Source: an uncultured Arcobacteraceae bacterium
GTDB taxonomy: Bacteria; Campylobacterota; Campylobacteria; Campylobacterales; Arcobacteraceae
Direction: 5' to 3'
DNA length: 64,000 nucleotides
Assembly: GCA_964022095.1 (NCBI GenBank)
Contig: CAXHZO010000004.1
Coordinates: forward strand, 1 to 64,000
A program made the translations under genes and the position numbers. Under the pieces are notes generated by a model. That model saw only the letters and a list, made by a program, of their open reading frames with translations. It was not told the DNA's origin and ran no database searches. Each line of letters opens with the position of its first letter. Position 1 is the stretch's first letter. Positions 37,548 through 48,043 of this stretch are shown piece after piece.

Positions 37548-40024
37548 TGAGCGAGATGATTACACTTACAATTGATGGTAAATCTGTTCAAGCTAAAGAG
37601 GGTGAAACAATTCTAAATGTAGCAAGGGCAAATGATACTTTTGTTCCTGCTGTTTGTTATTTAACAAGATGTTCACCGACATTAGCATGTAGATTGTGTT
37701 TAGTTGAAGCTGATGGAAAGCAGGTATATGGCTGTAATACTAAAATTAAACAAGATATGGAAGTTACAACTGTAACTGAAAACATTGCAAAAGAAAGACG
37801 TGCAATTATGGAGGTTTATGATGTAAACCACCCATTACAGTGCGGTGTTTGTGATCAAAGTGGTGAATGTGAATTACAAAACTACTCTTTATATATGAAA
37901 GTTGATTCTCAAAGTTATAGTATTAAAGATATTCATAGACCTACACAACATTGGGGAGTTATGAACTATGACCCAGGATTATGTATTGTTTGTGAAAGAT
38001 GTGTAACTGTATGTAAAGATATGGTTGGATCAAGTGCTTTATCTACTGTAAAAAGACCAAGTGACGCTATTGATAAAACATTTAAATCAGAAATGCCAAA
38101 AGATGCATATGCAATGTGGAACAAACTAAACAAATCACTAATTGGTTATGATGCTGATTCCTGTGTTAACTGCGGTGAGTGTATAGCAGCCTGTCCTGTA
38201 GGAGCACTTGTAAGTCATGACTTCCAATATACTTCAAATGCTTGGGAATTAAAGAAAGTCCCAGCAGCAAATCCTCATTCATCTGATTGTGCATTTATGT
38301 ATTATGATGTAAAACATGAATCAATTGACAACCACACTCAAAAGAAAATCTACAGAGTAAATAGTGAACCACATTTTTCAACTGTAAATGGAGCAGGTAG
38401 ATTTGGATATGACTTTGAAAACAAAGTTGAATCTAAAGATTATGAAGCTTTCAAAAAAGCAGTTGAAGCTCTAAGTATGGCAAGAACAATTAAATTTAAC
38501 TCTTTTATTACAAATGAAGAAGCATATTTATTACAAAAAATTGCAGATCATAGAGGTGCAAGATTAGTAAATGAAGATGCAAGAAGATATCAAAAATTCT
38601 TAGAAAACTATTCACAAACTTCTGGTACATCTTTATACTCTTCAACTTTAAGTAATGTATTAAATACAGACTTTGTAATCTCAGTTGGATCTTATTTAAA
38701 ATCAGATTTACCTAATGCTAGATATGCTTTTAATAATCCAATTACTATTAATAAAGGTGCAGGTTTATATTTCCATCCAATTGTTGATCCTTTAATGGAA
38801 AAAATTGGTAAAAAAGGTAAAACAACTGACTTTATTTATCATGATCCAATGGCTGAAGAAGCAATTTTATATTTCATTTTATATAAATTTGGAAAAGATT
38901 TACCAAGAGATGTAAAAAATTACTTAGATTCACTAACACAAAAAAGAACTAAAACTGTAACTGAAACTATTAAAGAACAAGTTGTTGAGATTGTAAAAGA
39001 TGAAGAGACTGGTGAAGAAAAAGAAGTTAAAAAAATGGTTCCTAAAAAAGTTTCAACTGAAGTTGAATTTGAATACATCTCACTTCTTGAAGAGTTCGGA
39101 AAAGATGAAACATTTGTTGAGCTAATTGATTCAATGTTAGCTAAAAAAGAGACATTTTCATTAATAGTAGGTGAAGATTTAATTACTCACCCAAATGCAG
39201 AAAATTTAGCAAAACTTTGTGGTTTAATTGATAGATTTACTGACTTTAATATTGTAATTATTCCAACTCAAACAAATACACTTGGAGTTGCTCAAATTTG
39301 TAAATTAAGTGATGAAGAGACTGGATTTACTGTTGGATACAATGAAAAAGCTGACTTAGAAATTTCTGCACTTGGTGATGGAGATATTGATGTTCCTGCA
39401 CTTAACCAACAAGAAGGGACATTTACAAATATTGATAAAAAAGTAATACCAACAAATGCAGCGCTTGCATTTAAAGGTTACACTTTGAATGATATGGCAA
39501 ATGAAATCTTAGGGACTGAAATTGAATATACAATAGAGTATACAAAACAGCTTCCAGTTGAAAAAGGATTTAGAGCAATTGATTTTGATGATTTACCAAA
39601 TGAGTTTGGAAATGATCAAGTAGAAAGAAGAGGTTATGATATTGTATCAGTTGATATTCCTCAAACTATAAATAATGTAAATGAACTAACAACTGAAAAA
39701 ATTACTTTAAATGAAGAAGAAATTTTAATTTATAGAGCTAATCCAATTAATCAATTTAATGAATTTACTGCAATTGCACATGAGTTTAAAGATGATTTAA
39801 AAGATGGAATTTTCTTCTCAAAAGCATCTTATGAAAAACTTGAATTAGTTGAAGGCGATAAAGTAAAAGTTGAGGCAAATGGAATAACTTTAGAGTTAGA
39901 TGCTCACTGTGATATCCAAATTGATGGTGATATTCCTTATGTTTCTACATATATGAAAAATTCACCTTCAAGAGCTTTATTTAATACATACAGATTTAAT
40001 AAAGCAAAAGTGACAAAGGCGTAA
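37547..40024 (+). CDS. nuoG: NADH-quinone oxidoreductase subunit G
   Basis: CRLCLVE, HPLQCGVCDQSGECELQ, CIVCERC and CVNCGECIAACPVGAL. Confidence 0.95.
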   Translation: MSEMITLTIDGKSVQAKEGETILNVARANDTFVPAVCYLTRCSPTLACRLCLVEADGKQVYGCNTKIKQDMEVTTVTENIAKERRAIMEVYDVNHPLQCGVCDQSGECELQNYSLYMKVDSQSYSIKDIHRPTQHWGVMNYDPGLCIVCERCVTVCKDMVGSSALSTVKRPSDAIDKTFKSEMPKDAYAMWNKLNKSLIGYDADSCVNCGECIAACPVGALVSHDFQYTSNAWELKKVPAANPHSSDCAFMYYDVKHESIDNHTQKKIYRVNSEPHFSTVNGAGRFGYDFENKVESKDYEAFKKAVEALSMARTIKFNSFITNEEAYLLQKIADHRGARLVNEDARRYQKFLENYSQTSGTSLYSSTLSNVLNTDFVISVGSYLKSDLPNARYAFNNPITINKGAGLYFHPIVDPLMEKIGKKGKTTDFIYHDPMAEEAILYFILYKFGKDLPRDVKNYLDSLTQKRTKTVTETIKEQVVEIVKDEETGEEKEVKKMVPKKVSTEVEFEYISLLEEFGKDETFVELIDSMLAKKETFSLIVGEDLITHPNAENLAKLCGLIDRFTDFNIVIIPTQTNTLGVAQICKLSDEETGFTVGYNEKADLEISALGDGDIDVPALNQQEGTFTNIDKKVIPTNAALAFKGYTLNDMANEILGTEIEYTIEYTKQLPVEKGFRAIDFDDLPNEFGNDQVERRGYDIVSVDIPQTINNVNELTTEKITLNEEEILIYRANPINQFNEFTAIAHEFKDDLKDGIFFSKASYEKLELVEGDKVKVEANGITLELDAHCDIQIDGDIPYVSTYMKNSPSRALFNTYRFNKAKVTKA

Positions 40025-40025
40025 T

Positions 40026-41018
40026 ATGGAAACAGGTATTATTATTGAAACTATCGTAAAAGTAGTCGTAGTGCTTACAGTTTTCTCTGCACTTGCTGGG
40101 TTTACTACATATATAGAAAGAAAAGTATTAGCATTTATGCAAAGAAGATTAGGGCCAACTAATGTTGGTCCTTATGGTTTACTTCAAATTGCAGCTGATG
40201 GTATAAAATTATTTACAAAAGAGGATTTTATTCCAGCAAATGCTAATAAACCAATATTTATGATTGCTCCTATAATTACAGCAGCAACTGCGTTTATAGC
40301 TATGAGTGCAGTTCCTTTCTTACCAGAATTTGAAATGTTTGGATACACAGTAAGGCCAATTATTAGTGATGTAAATGTTGGTGTACTTTTTGTTATGTCT
40401 GTTGGAGCAATTGGATTATATGGCCCACTTTTAGGTGGTATGAGTAGTGCTAATAAATGGGCATTATTAGGTGGGGCTAGAACTGCTATTCAACTTTTAT
40501 CTTATGAGGTTGTATCTGGATTATCTTTATTAGCTCCATTAATGATGGTTGGTTCATTATCTTTAATTGATATTAATAATTATCAAGCAGGTGGAATTTC
40601 AAATTGGATTATTTGGTATCAGCCTTTAGCATTTATTTTATTTACAATTGCAGGATATGCAGAAACTAATAGAACGCCATTTGATTTATTAGAGCATGAA
40701 GCTGAATTAGTTGCTGGATATGCAACTGAGTATTCAGGTATGAGATGGGGAATGTTCTTCATTGGTGAGTATGCAAACTTATTTACAATTTCATTCTTAA
40801 TTGCTTTAATTTTCTTAGGTGGATTCGAACCATTATGGTTTATTCCTGGAGGACTAGCAATTGTTCTTAAAGTTATGTTATTAATTTTCATATTCTTATG
40901 GACAAGAGCATCTTGGCCACACATTAGACCTGATCAGTTAATGTGGTTATGTTGGAAGATCTTAATGCCATTAGCAGTACTAAATATTTTAGTTACTGGT
41001 TTTGTGATGATGTTTTAG
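40026..41018 (+). CDS. nuoH: NADH-quinone oxidoreductase subunit H
   Basis: ERKVLAFMQRRLGP and AETNRTPFDL.EHEAELVAG. Confidence 0.98.
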   Translation: METGIIIETIVKVVVVLTVFSALAGFTTYIERKVLAFMQRRLGPTNVGPYGLLQIAADGIKLFTKEDFIPANANKPIFMIAPIITAATAFIAMSAVPFLPEFEMFGYTVRPIISDVNVGVLFVMSVGAIGLYGPLLGGMSSANKWALLGGARTAIQLLSYEVVSGLSLLAPLMMVGSLSLIDINNYQAGGISNWIIWYQPLAFILFTIAGYAETNRTPFDLLEHEAELVAGYATEYSGMRWGMFFIGEYANLFTISFLIALIFLGGFEPLWFIPGGLAIVLKVMLLIFIFLWTRASWPHIRPDQLMWLCWKILMPLAVLNILVTGFVMMF

Positions 41019-41027
41019 GAGTTGATG

Positions 41028-41648
41028 ATGGGTTTTAATGAATTTAAAAATAGAAATATTTCAGAAGATTATGTAACAGTTCAAGAAGATAATTATCCTA
41101 AAACATCTTGGGAAACTTTTAAGCAAGTTATTTCAAGATCTGTTAAGGGTGAGCTGTTTGTTGGTTTAAAAATCACATTTGGAATTATGTATAAAGCACT
41201 TTTCAAAGGTGAAATGGCAACTGTACAATATCCAAAAGAGAAATTACCAATTGGTCCTAGATATAGAGCAGTACATAAACTTCTTAGACTATTAGAGTCA
41301 GGTGAAGAGAGATGTATTGGTTGTGGACTTTGTGAAAAAATATGTATTGCAAATTGTATTAGAATGGAAACTAAAATAGATGAAAACTCTAGAAAAGTTG
41401 CAACTCAATATACAATTAATATGGGTAGATGTATTTTTTGTGGATACTGTGCTGAAGTTTGTCCAGAACTTGCAATTGTTCATGGTGGAAGATATGAAAA
41501 TGCAAGTGAGCAAAGAGCTCACTTCTCATTAAAAGAAGACATTTTAACAAGTGCAAATGGTTTAGGTGCTCAATTAGAGTTTGATGGGTTTGGTTCTGTA
41601 TCAACTGATGCAGACAAAAAAATCAAAAAAACACCACTATCATACTAA
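41028..41648 (+). CDS. nuoI: NADH-quinone oxidoreductase subunit I
   Basis: CIGCGLCEKIC and CIFCGYCAEVCP; start chosen by AGGAG spacing. Confidence 0.96.
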   Translation: MGFNEFKNRNISEDYVTVQEDNYPKTSWETFKQVISRSVKGELFVGLKITFGIMYKALFKGEMATVQYPKEKLPIGPRYRAVHKLLRLLESGEERCIGCGLCEKICIANCIRMETKIDENSRKVATQYTINMGRCIFCGYCAEVCPELAIVHGGRYENASEQRAHFSLKEDILTSANGLGAQLEFDGFGSVSTDADKKIKKTPLSY

Positions 41649-41657
41649 GGAGAATAG

Positions 41658-42233
41658 ATGTTTGAACAAGTAGCTTTTATAATATTTGCTGTTTTAACTA
41701 TTGGTATGTTTAGTATTACAGTTTTAACTACAAATGCTTTATATGCACTAAGTGCTTTAGCAGCGGGAATGATTTTTATCTCTGCATTTTTCTTTTTATT
41801 AGATGCAGATTTTTTAGGTGCTGTGCAAATTGTAGTTTACACAGGTGCAATTATGTCTTTATATGCCTTTGGAATGATGTTCTTTGACACATTAGCTGAT
41901 GTAAAAGAAAATGTAAAAAACCCCAGATTGGTATTTTTATTATCAGGAATGGTAGCAGTAATTTTAGTTGTAGTATTTATGGCTCCTGTTATTGGAGAAA
42001 ATTTAACTGCAAACTATCCAGTTAATCCAGAATATGGAAACTCTGTTGATGTTGGTTTAGTATTATTTACTAAATATTTAGTTCCATTTGAAGTTGCAGC
42101 TATTATGCTTTTAGTTGCCATGATTGGTGGAATTGTATTAGCAGGTAAAAAAATGAATGAGTCTTACTCAGAAATGAAAGAGGATGAGATTGATGAAAAA
42201 CTTGAGCTTGATTCTTCAAAGGATGTTAAATGA
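41658..42233 (+). CDS. nuoJ: NADH-quinone oxidoreductase subunit J
   Basis: QIVVYTGAI and YLVPFEVAAIMLLVAMIG. Confidence 0.95.
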   Translation: MFEQVAFIIFAVLTIGMFSITVLTTNALYALSALAAGMIFISAFFFLLDADFLGAVQIVVYTGAIMSLYAFGMMFFDTLADVKENVKNPRLVFLLSGMVAVILVVVFMAPVIGENLTANYPVNPEYGNSVDVGLVLFTKYLVPFEVAAIMLLVAMIGGIVLAGKKMNESYSEMKEDEIDEKLELDSSKDVK

Positions 42234-42529
42234 CACTTAATGCTTATTTAATATTATCAACAATTCTATTTTGTATTGGATTAATTGGTGTAATCAAAAG
42301 AAAAAATGTTTTAATGCTTTTCTTTTCAACGGAAATTATGTTAAATGCAGTAAATGTTGGACTTGCAGCTATTTCTAAATTCCATGGAGATTTAACAGGT
42401 CAAATGTTTGCATTCTTTATTATTGCAGTTGCTGCTAGTGAAGTTGCAATTGGTCTTGGATTACTTATTATGTGGTACAAAAGAACTGGTTCTATTAACT
42501 TAGATGATATTGCTGGAATGAAAGGATAA
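42230..42529 (+). CDS. nuoK: NADH-quinone oxidoreductase subunit K
   Basis: EIMLNA and VAASEVAIGLGL. Confidence 0.97.
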   Translation: MTLNAYLILSTILFCIGLIGVIKRKNVLMLFFSTEIMLNAVNVGLAAISKFHGDLTGQMFAFFIIAVAASEVAIGLGLLIMWYKRTGSINLDDIAGMKG

Positions 42530-42531
42530 GA

Positions 42532-44391
42532 ATGGAAAAATATATATACATTGCACTTTTTGCTCCATTAGTAGGTTCTTTAGTAGCAGCGCTTTTTTCA
42601 ACTCAAAAGAAAACTCTATTTACTGGTGTATTTACATCATTTATGTTAGCTGTTTCAATGGTTGCTTCATTAAATTTACTCCATCATGTTTTCACAACAG
42701 ATGAAACACTTCATACAAATTTATTTGATTGGATTGTTATTGGAAATCTAAATATTCCATTTGGATTTGTTGTTGATCACGTATCAGTTGTTATGATGTC
42801 AGTAGTAACTGTTGTTTCAACAATGGTTCACATTCACTCAATTGGTTATATGGAACATGATAAAGGTTTTAATAGATACTTCTCTTACCTATCAGCTTTT
42901 GTTTTTTCTATGTTAGTTCTTGTTATGTCTGATAACTTTGCAGTCCTATTTATTGGATGGGAAGGTGTTGGAGTTTGTTCATGGTTATTAATTGGTTTTT
43001 GGTATCACAAAGAATCAGCATCATGGGCAGCAAATGAAGCTTTCATTATGAATAGAGTTGGAGATTTAGGATTACTTCTTGGTATGTTCTTATTATATTG
43101 GAATCTTGGTACTTTACAATATGATGCAGTATTTGCACAAATTTCGACTTTAGAAACATCTACTCTTATTTGGATTGGGTCATTGTTATTCCTTGGAGCT
43201 ATGGGTAAATCAGCGCAATTCCCACTTCATACTTGGCTTGCAGATGCAATGGAAGGACCAACTCCCGTTTCAGCATTAATTCACGCAGCAACAATGGTAA
43301 CAGCAGGGGTTTACTTAGTAGTTAGATCAAATGAATTATATGTATTAATTCCAGAAGTCGGATATGCAATAGCAGCACTTGGTGCATTTGTTGCAATATT
43401 TGCTGCAACTATGGCATTAGTTAATAATGATATGAAAAGAATTATTGCTTACTCAACACTATCTCAACTTGGATATATGTTTGTTGCTGCTGGGCTTGGA
43501 GCTTATTGGGTTGCACTATTCCATCTTGCTACTCATGCATTTTTTAAATCAGTATTATTTTTAGGTGCAGGTAATGTTATGCATGCTATGGATGATGAAC
43601 TTGATATTAGAAAAATGGGTGGACTTCATAAGAAAATGAAAGCTACATCATATATTATGATTATAGCTTCACTTGCCCTTGCTGGTATTTTCCCACTTGC
43701 AGGGTTCTTCTCAAAAGATAAAATTTTAGAAGCAGCATTTAATGGTGATGCAATTGTATTATGGGCTATCTTATGGATAACTGCTGGTTTAACTGCATTT
43801 TATTCATTCAGACTCGTAATGAAAATATTCTTCGGAGAGCAAAATTATAGTGACGAAGAATTCCATCCTCATGAAGCTAAAAATTTCGTGATTGCTGCAA
43901 TGATTCCATTAGCCGTTCTTGCTGTAATTGCAGGATGGTTCGAACATTCATTTATTGATTTTGTTACAAAGACACTTCCAACTTGGGAAGCAAATAATAT
44001 ATCACATGGAACAGCATGGATATTAATTTTAGTAACAAGTGCTGTTGCGATACTTGGTATTGCAGTTGCAGTAGTGAAATATAGAAATGGAGGGTTTAGT
44101 AAATCTTGGGAAGATACAGCAGTTTATAAATTGCTTTCTAATCAATATTATATTCCAAAATTCTATGAAGTATTTATTTCAAAACCATACTATGCATTTT
44201 CAGTTTGGGTATGGAAAGTGATTGAAATTAAATTAATTGATAACTCAGTTGATAATATAGCACATTTTATTAACAAAATGGGTGTAAAAGCAAGACTAAT
44301 TCAATCAGGTAATTTATCAACAGCCTTAAGACTAATGGTAGTAGGACTAATCTTAGGATTAGTATTTGCATTAGTTTTATCGGTATTATAA
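42532..44391 (+). CDS. nuoL: NADH-quinone oxidoreductase subunit L
   Basis: GKSAQFPLHTWLADAMEGPTPVSALIHAATMV and HAFFK. Confidence 0.98.
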   Translation: MEKYIYIALFAPLVGSLVAALFSTQKKTLFTGVFTSFMLAVSMVASLNLLHHVFTTDETLHTNLFDWIVIGNLNIPFGFVVDHVSVVMMSVVTVVSTMVHIHSIGYMEHDKGFNRYFSYLSAFVFSMLVLVMSDNFAVLFIGWEGVGVCSWLLIGFWYHKESASWAANEAFIMNRVGDLGLLLGMFLLYWNLGTLQYDAVFAQISTLETSTLIWIGSLLFLGAMGKSAQFPLHTWLADAMEGPTPVSALIHAATMVTAGVYLVVRSNELYVLIPEVGYAIAALGAFVAIFAATMALVNNDMKRIIAYSTLSQLGYMFVAAGLGAYWVALFHLATHAFFKSVLFLGAGNVMHAMDDELDIRKMGGLHKKMKATSYIMIIASLALAGIFPLAGFFSKDKILEAAFNGDAIVLWAILWITAGLTAFYSFRLVMKIFFGEQNYSDEEFHPHEAKNFVIAAMIPLAVLAVIAGWFEHSFIDFVTKTLPTWEANNISHGTAWILILVTSAVAILGIAVAVVKYRNGGFSKSWEDTAVYKLLSNQYYIPKFYEVFISKPYYAFSVWVWKVIEIKLIDNSVDNIAHFINKMGVKARLIQSGNLSTALRLMVVGLILGLVFALVLSVL

Positions 44392-44403
44392 GGGGTTTCG
44401 TAA

Positions 44404-45930
44404 ATGGAAAATATTTTATCAATGCTTATATTCTTCCCAGCAGCAGCTGCAACATTAGGGTTTTTAATTGACAAAAACTCTATGAGACAGTTTGGTGTAG
44501 TTGTTACAGTTGTGGAGTTTGTATTAGCGATTCTTTTATGGTACCACTTTGATATCAATGTAGCTGAGATGCAGTTTGTTCAATCACTGCCACTAATTAG
44601 TGAGTATGGTATTACATACACAGTTGGGGTTGATGGTGTATCTCTTTTCTTAGTTGTAATGATTACTTGTGTAACTATGATAGCAGTTATAGGATTAACA
44701 GTTAAAAAAGGTATGAAAAACTTAATTATCTCTATTTTATATTTAGAGATGACTATGGTTGGGGTTTTTGTATCACTTGATGTTATTATGTTCTATATCT
44801 TCTGGGAGTTAACACTAATTCCGATGTTCTATGTAATTGGATTTTGGGGAGCTGAAAAAAGGTTTTATGCGGCAATTAAATTTTTCTTATATACATTTGT
44901 AGGTTCACTTGTAATGCTAGTGGGTATTTTATATTTTGGATATATATATCATCAAACTACAGGAACATGGAGTTTTAGTCTATTTGATTGGAATAGTATT
45001 ATTTTACCATTTAATGCACAAATGTGGTTATTTATTGCATTCTTCTTTGGTTTTGCAGTAAAAGTACCAATGTTCCCATTCCATACATGGCTTCCATTAG
45101 CTCACGGTCAAGCACCAACAATTGGTTCTATTATGCTTGCAGCTATTTTACTTAAAATGGAAACATATGGATTTATTAGATTTTCATTACCATTGTTTCC
45201 TGATGCGTCAGTTTATTTTGTACCATTTATGGCAACACTAGGACTTATTGCAATTATTTATACTGCAATGGTAGCTTATGCACAAGAAGATATGAAGCAA
45301 ATGATTGCATACTCTTCAATTTCACATATGGGTGTAATTACACTTGGGGTGTTTGCATTAAATGTTGAAGGTATTGCAGGATCGGTTTATTTAATGATTG
45401 GACATGGTATTGTTTCAGGTGCACTATTTATGGCTGTTGGTATTTTATATGACAGACGACAAACTAAGATGATTGGTGCTTTTGGAGGACTTGCTAATAA
45501 TATGCCTTTATTTGCATTATTTTATGCAGTTATTTTAATGGCATCTATTGGTTTACCTTTAACAGTAGGATTTATTGGTGAATTCTTGTCATTACTTGGA
45601 TTCTTTAAATTCTCTCCAATTTTAACTGTAATTGCATCACTTACTATTGTATTAAGTGCAGTTTATATGTTAGCAATGTACAAAAGAACATTCTTTGGTA
45701 AGTTGGTAAAACCTGAAAATAAATCTTTAAAAGATATTTTTGGTAGAGAGTTAGTTGCTCTTGGGTCATTAGTTGTATTAACTATTGCACTTGGTATTTA
45801 TCCAAAAATTATACTTGATCCTTTAAATACAACTGTAACAAATCTTACAAAAGTAATGGAAATTAAAGCAGTGAATGAAGAGACAAAAGAAAAACTTAGA
45901 GCGTTAAACTCTATTGGGGAGGTTAAGTAA
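44404..45930 (+). CDS. nuoM: NADH-quinone oxidoreductase subunit M
   Basis: KVPMFPFHTWLPLAH, AYSSISHMG and GFIGEF. Confidence 0.97.
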   Translation: MENILSMLIFFPAAAATLGFLIDKNSMRQFGVVVTVVEFVLAILLWYHFDINVAEMQFVQSLPLISEYGITYTVGVDGVSLFLVVMITCVTMIAVIGLTVKKGMKNLIISILYLEMTMVGVFVSLDVIMFYIFWELTLIPMFYVIGFWGAEKRFYAAIKFFLYTFVGSLVMLVGILYFGYIYHQTTGTWSFSLFDWNSIILPFNAQMWLFIAFFFGFAVKVPMFPFHTWLPLAHGQAPTIGSIMLAAILLKMETYGFIRFSLPLFPDASVYFVPFMATLGLIAIIYTAMVAYAQEDMKQMIAYSSISHMGVITLGVFALNVEGIAGSVYLMIGHGIVSGALFMAVGILYDRRQTKMIGAFGGLANNMPLFALFYAVILMASIGLPLTVGFIGEFLSLLGFFKFSPILTVIASLTIVLSAVYMLAMYKRTFFGKLVKPENKSLKDIFGRELVALGSLVVLTIALGIYPKIILDPLNTTVTNLTKVMEIKAVNEETKEKLRALNSIGEVK

Positions 45931-47432
45931 TGATTGAGCCTATTAATATTAGTTTAGAAAGTCTAAACTTAGCTACAATAGCACCAGTTTCTATCGCAAT
46001 TCTTGGTGCATTAGGAATTTTATTAACTGACCTTTTTAATAAAGATAAAGATAAATCACTTTATGTAGTTATTGTTGCATTGTTCTTGATTTTTGACTTA
46101 TTTACGTTATTAGCATTTAACTCTGATGAGAGAGGTTTATTTGATTTAATGCTTATTGATGGTATTTCAATTATATCTCAGTGTGTTATTTTAGTTGGCG
46201 CATTGATGTTTATTTTCTTAGGTGTTTCAAAACTAAGATTCCAAGAGTTTAGGTATGCTGAATTCTTTGCATTGTATTTATTCGCAATAGCAGGTTTTCA
46301 GTTTATGGTAAGTACAGACTCATTAATCTTAATTTTTGTTGGACTTGAAACATCATCTTTAGCACTGTATACAATGATTGCAATGCACAATAGAATGGTT
46401 TCTATTGAAGCTGCAGTTAAATACTTTACTATGGGTGCATTAGCAGCTGCTTTCTTTGCCTTTGGTTCTATGATGTTCTATGCAATTACAGGTTCTGTTG
46501 AATTAGCACAAATTGCTCAAGTATTAAATGAACAAAACTTCTTCTCACGTGAAAACTATAGTAACTACATCTTAATGTTAGTTGGTTTTGTATTTATGTT
46601 TGCAGCACTTGGATTTAAACTATCTCTTTTCCCCTATCATACTTGGGTTCCTGATGTTTATCGTGGTTCGACTTCTGCAATGGCAGGGTTCTTATCAGTT
46701 GTTCCAAAAATGGCAGGTTTTGTTGTAGCATTAAGATTCTTTGAAATCTTTATTCAAGCAGATGATATTATTATTCAAACAATGCTTTATACAACTGTCG
46801 TTTTAACAATTACGATTCCAAACTTAATTGCGCTGCAGCAAACAGATATTAAAAGGATGCTTGCGTATTCATCAATTTCAAATGCTGGTATGGCAATGGC
46901 AGCAATAGTAATTGGAACACATCAAGCTACAAATGCACTATTTTTATACTGGGTACTATTTGCAATCACTAATTTTGGAGCATTTGGTATGTTATGGTTA
47001 AATAGAGGTAAAGAGTATAAAGATTATGATTCACCATATGATTTTAAAAAGTTTTCTGGACTTGCTCAAATTTCACCATTCACAGCTTCAATTTTAGGAA
47101 TGTTTTTATTTGCATTAACTGGACTTCCTCCTTTTGCACTATTTTGGGGAAAAATGTATATCATTGCAAGTGCTGTAAATGCAGGTCATATTGCCTTAGC
47201 AATTATTATTGTATTAAACTCAGCAATTGCTGCATACTATTATTTAAGACCAGTATCATATATGTTCTTAAGAGATCCAGATGGTGAGTTAAAAACTAGA
47301 TTTATGCAAAATGGGTCAACTACTATGAAAGTGGCTATTGGAATTGCTGTATTCTTAACACTAATTTCAGTATTTTTAATTGATCCTCTATTAAGTACTA
47401 TTTCTACTTACGTGTCTAGCGCAGGATACTAA
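45930..47432 (+). CDS. nuoN: NADH-quinone oxidoreductase subunit N
   Basis: EAAVKYF, GFKLSLFPYHTWVPDVY and KRMLAYSSI. Confidence 0.97.
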   Translation: MIEPINISLESLNLATIAPVSIAILGALGILLTDLFNKDKDKSLYVVIVALFLIFDLFTLLAFNSDERGLFDLMLIDGISIISQCVILVGALMFIFLGVSKLRFQEFRYAEFFALYLFAIAGFQFMVSTDSLILIFVGLETSSLALYTMIAMHNRMVSIEAAVKYFTMGALAAAFFAFGSMMFYAITGSVELAQIAQVLNEQNFFSRENYSNYILMLVGFVFMFAALGFKLSLFPYHTWVPDVYRGSTSAMAGFLSVVPKMAGFVVALRFFEIFIQADDIIIQTMLYTTVVLTITIPNLIALQQTDIKRMLAYSSISNAGMAMAAIVIGTHQATNALFLYWVLFAITNFGAFGMLWLNRGKEYKDYDSPYDFKKFSGLAQISPFTASILGMFLFALTGLPPFALFWGKMYIIASAVNAGHIALAIIIVLNSAIAAYYYLRPVSYMFLRDPDGELKTRFMQNGSTTMKVAIGIAVFLTLISVFLIDPLLSTISTYVSSAGY

Positions 47433-47437
47433 AAAAA

Positions 47438-47473
47438 ATAATTCTAACTATTTGAAATGATAGTTAGAATTAT
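47438..47473. terminator. 14-bp perfect hairpin at the end of the nuo operon
   Basis: ATAATTCTAACTAT-N8-ATAGTTAGAATTAT; no clear U-tract on the plus strand. Confidence 0.55.
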
Positions 47474-47487
47474 AGTACAATATTTTT

Positions 47488-47976
47488 ATGAAAAAAATAT
47501 TGTTTTGCTTGTTTATCTTTACCTCTTTACTTTACTCAAACTCTTTAGGATTAACTTCCAAAGATATAATTAGTTTAAAAAAGATAAGATCTTTGGCAAA
47601 TGAAAATATGATGAAATACTCTTTAATGGCAATTGCTATAAAAGAATCTTCACTTGGAAAAAATCAAATAAATCATAGAACAAAAGATTATGGCCCATTT
47701 CAAGCAAATATTAAAACAGTATTATCTAGACAAAAAGTAGCAGATACTCCTGAAAATAGAGCCTATTATTCAAACAAACTATTAACAGATGTAGGTTTCG
47801 CAACCGCAAATGCAATTATAGAATTAAGGTATTGGAAAAAAGTTCATAAAGATAACTGGGCAAAAGTCTGGGCAAGTTATAACACAGGATATAGATACAA
47901 AAGTAATACTGGATATAAATATGCACAATCAATATTTAAGATTATAAAAAAGCTAAAAGTAGAGTACAGGTTATAA
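47488..47976 (+). CDS. Exported lytic transglycosylase-like (SLT/lysozyme fold) protein
   Basis: Signal peptide; IAIKESS (catalytic Glu), YGPFQ and ASYNTG motifs. Confidence 0.75.
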   Translation: MKKILFCLFIFTSLLYSNSLGLTSKDIISLKKIRSLANENMMKYSLMAIAIKESSLGKNQINHRTKDYGPFQANIKTVLSRQKVADTPENRAYYSNKLLTDVGFATANAIIELRYWKKVHKDNWAKVWASYNTGYRYKSNTGYKYAQSIFKIIKKLKVEYRL

Positions 47977-48043
47977 ATCAATTATAATCAAAGCATAAAG
48001 GGAAAGTAGATAGAATCCTACTAGAAAAGATGAAGGAATAAAT

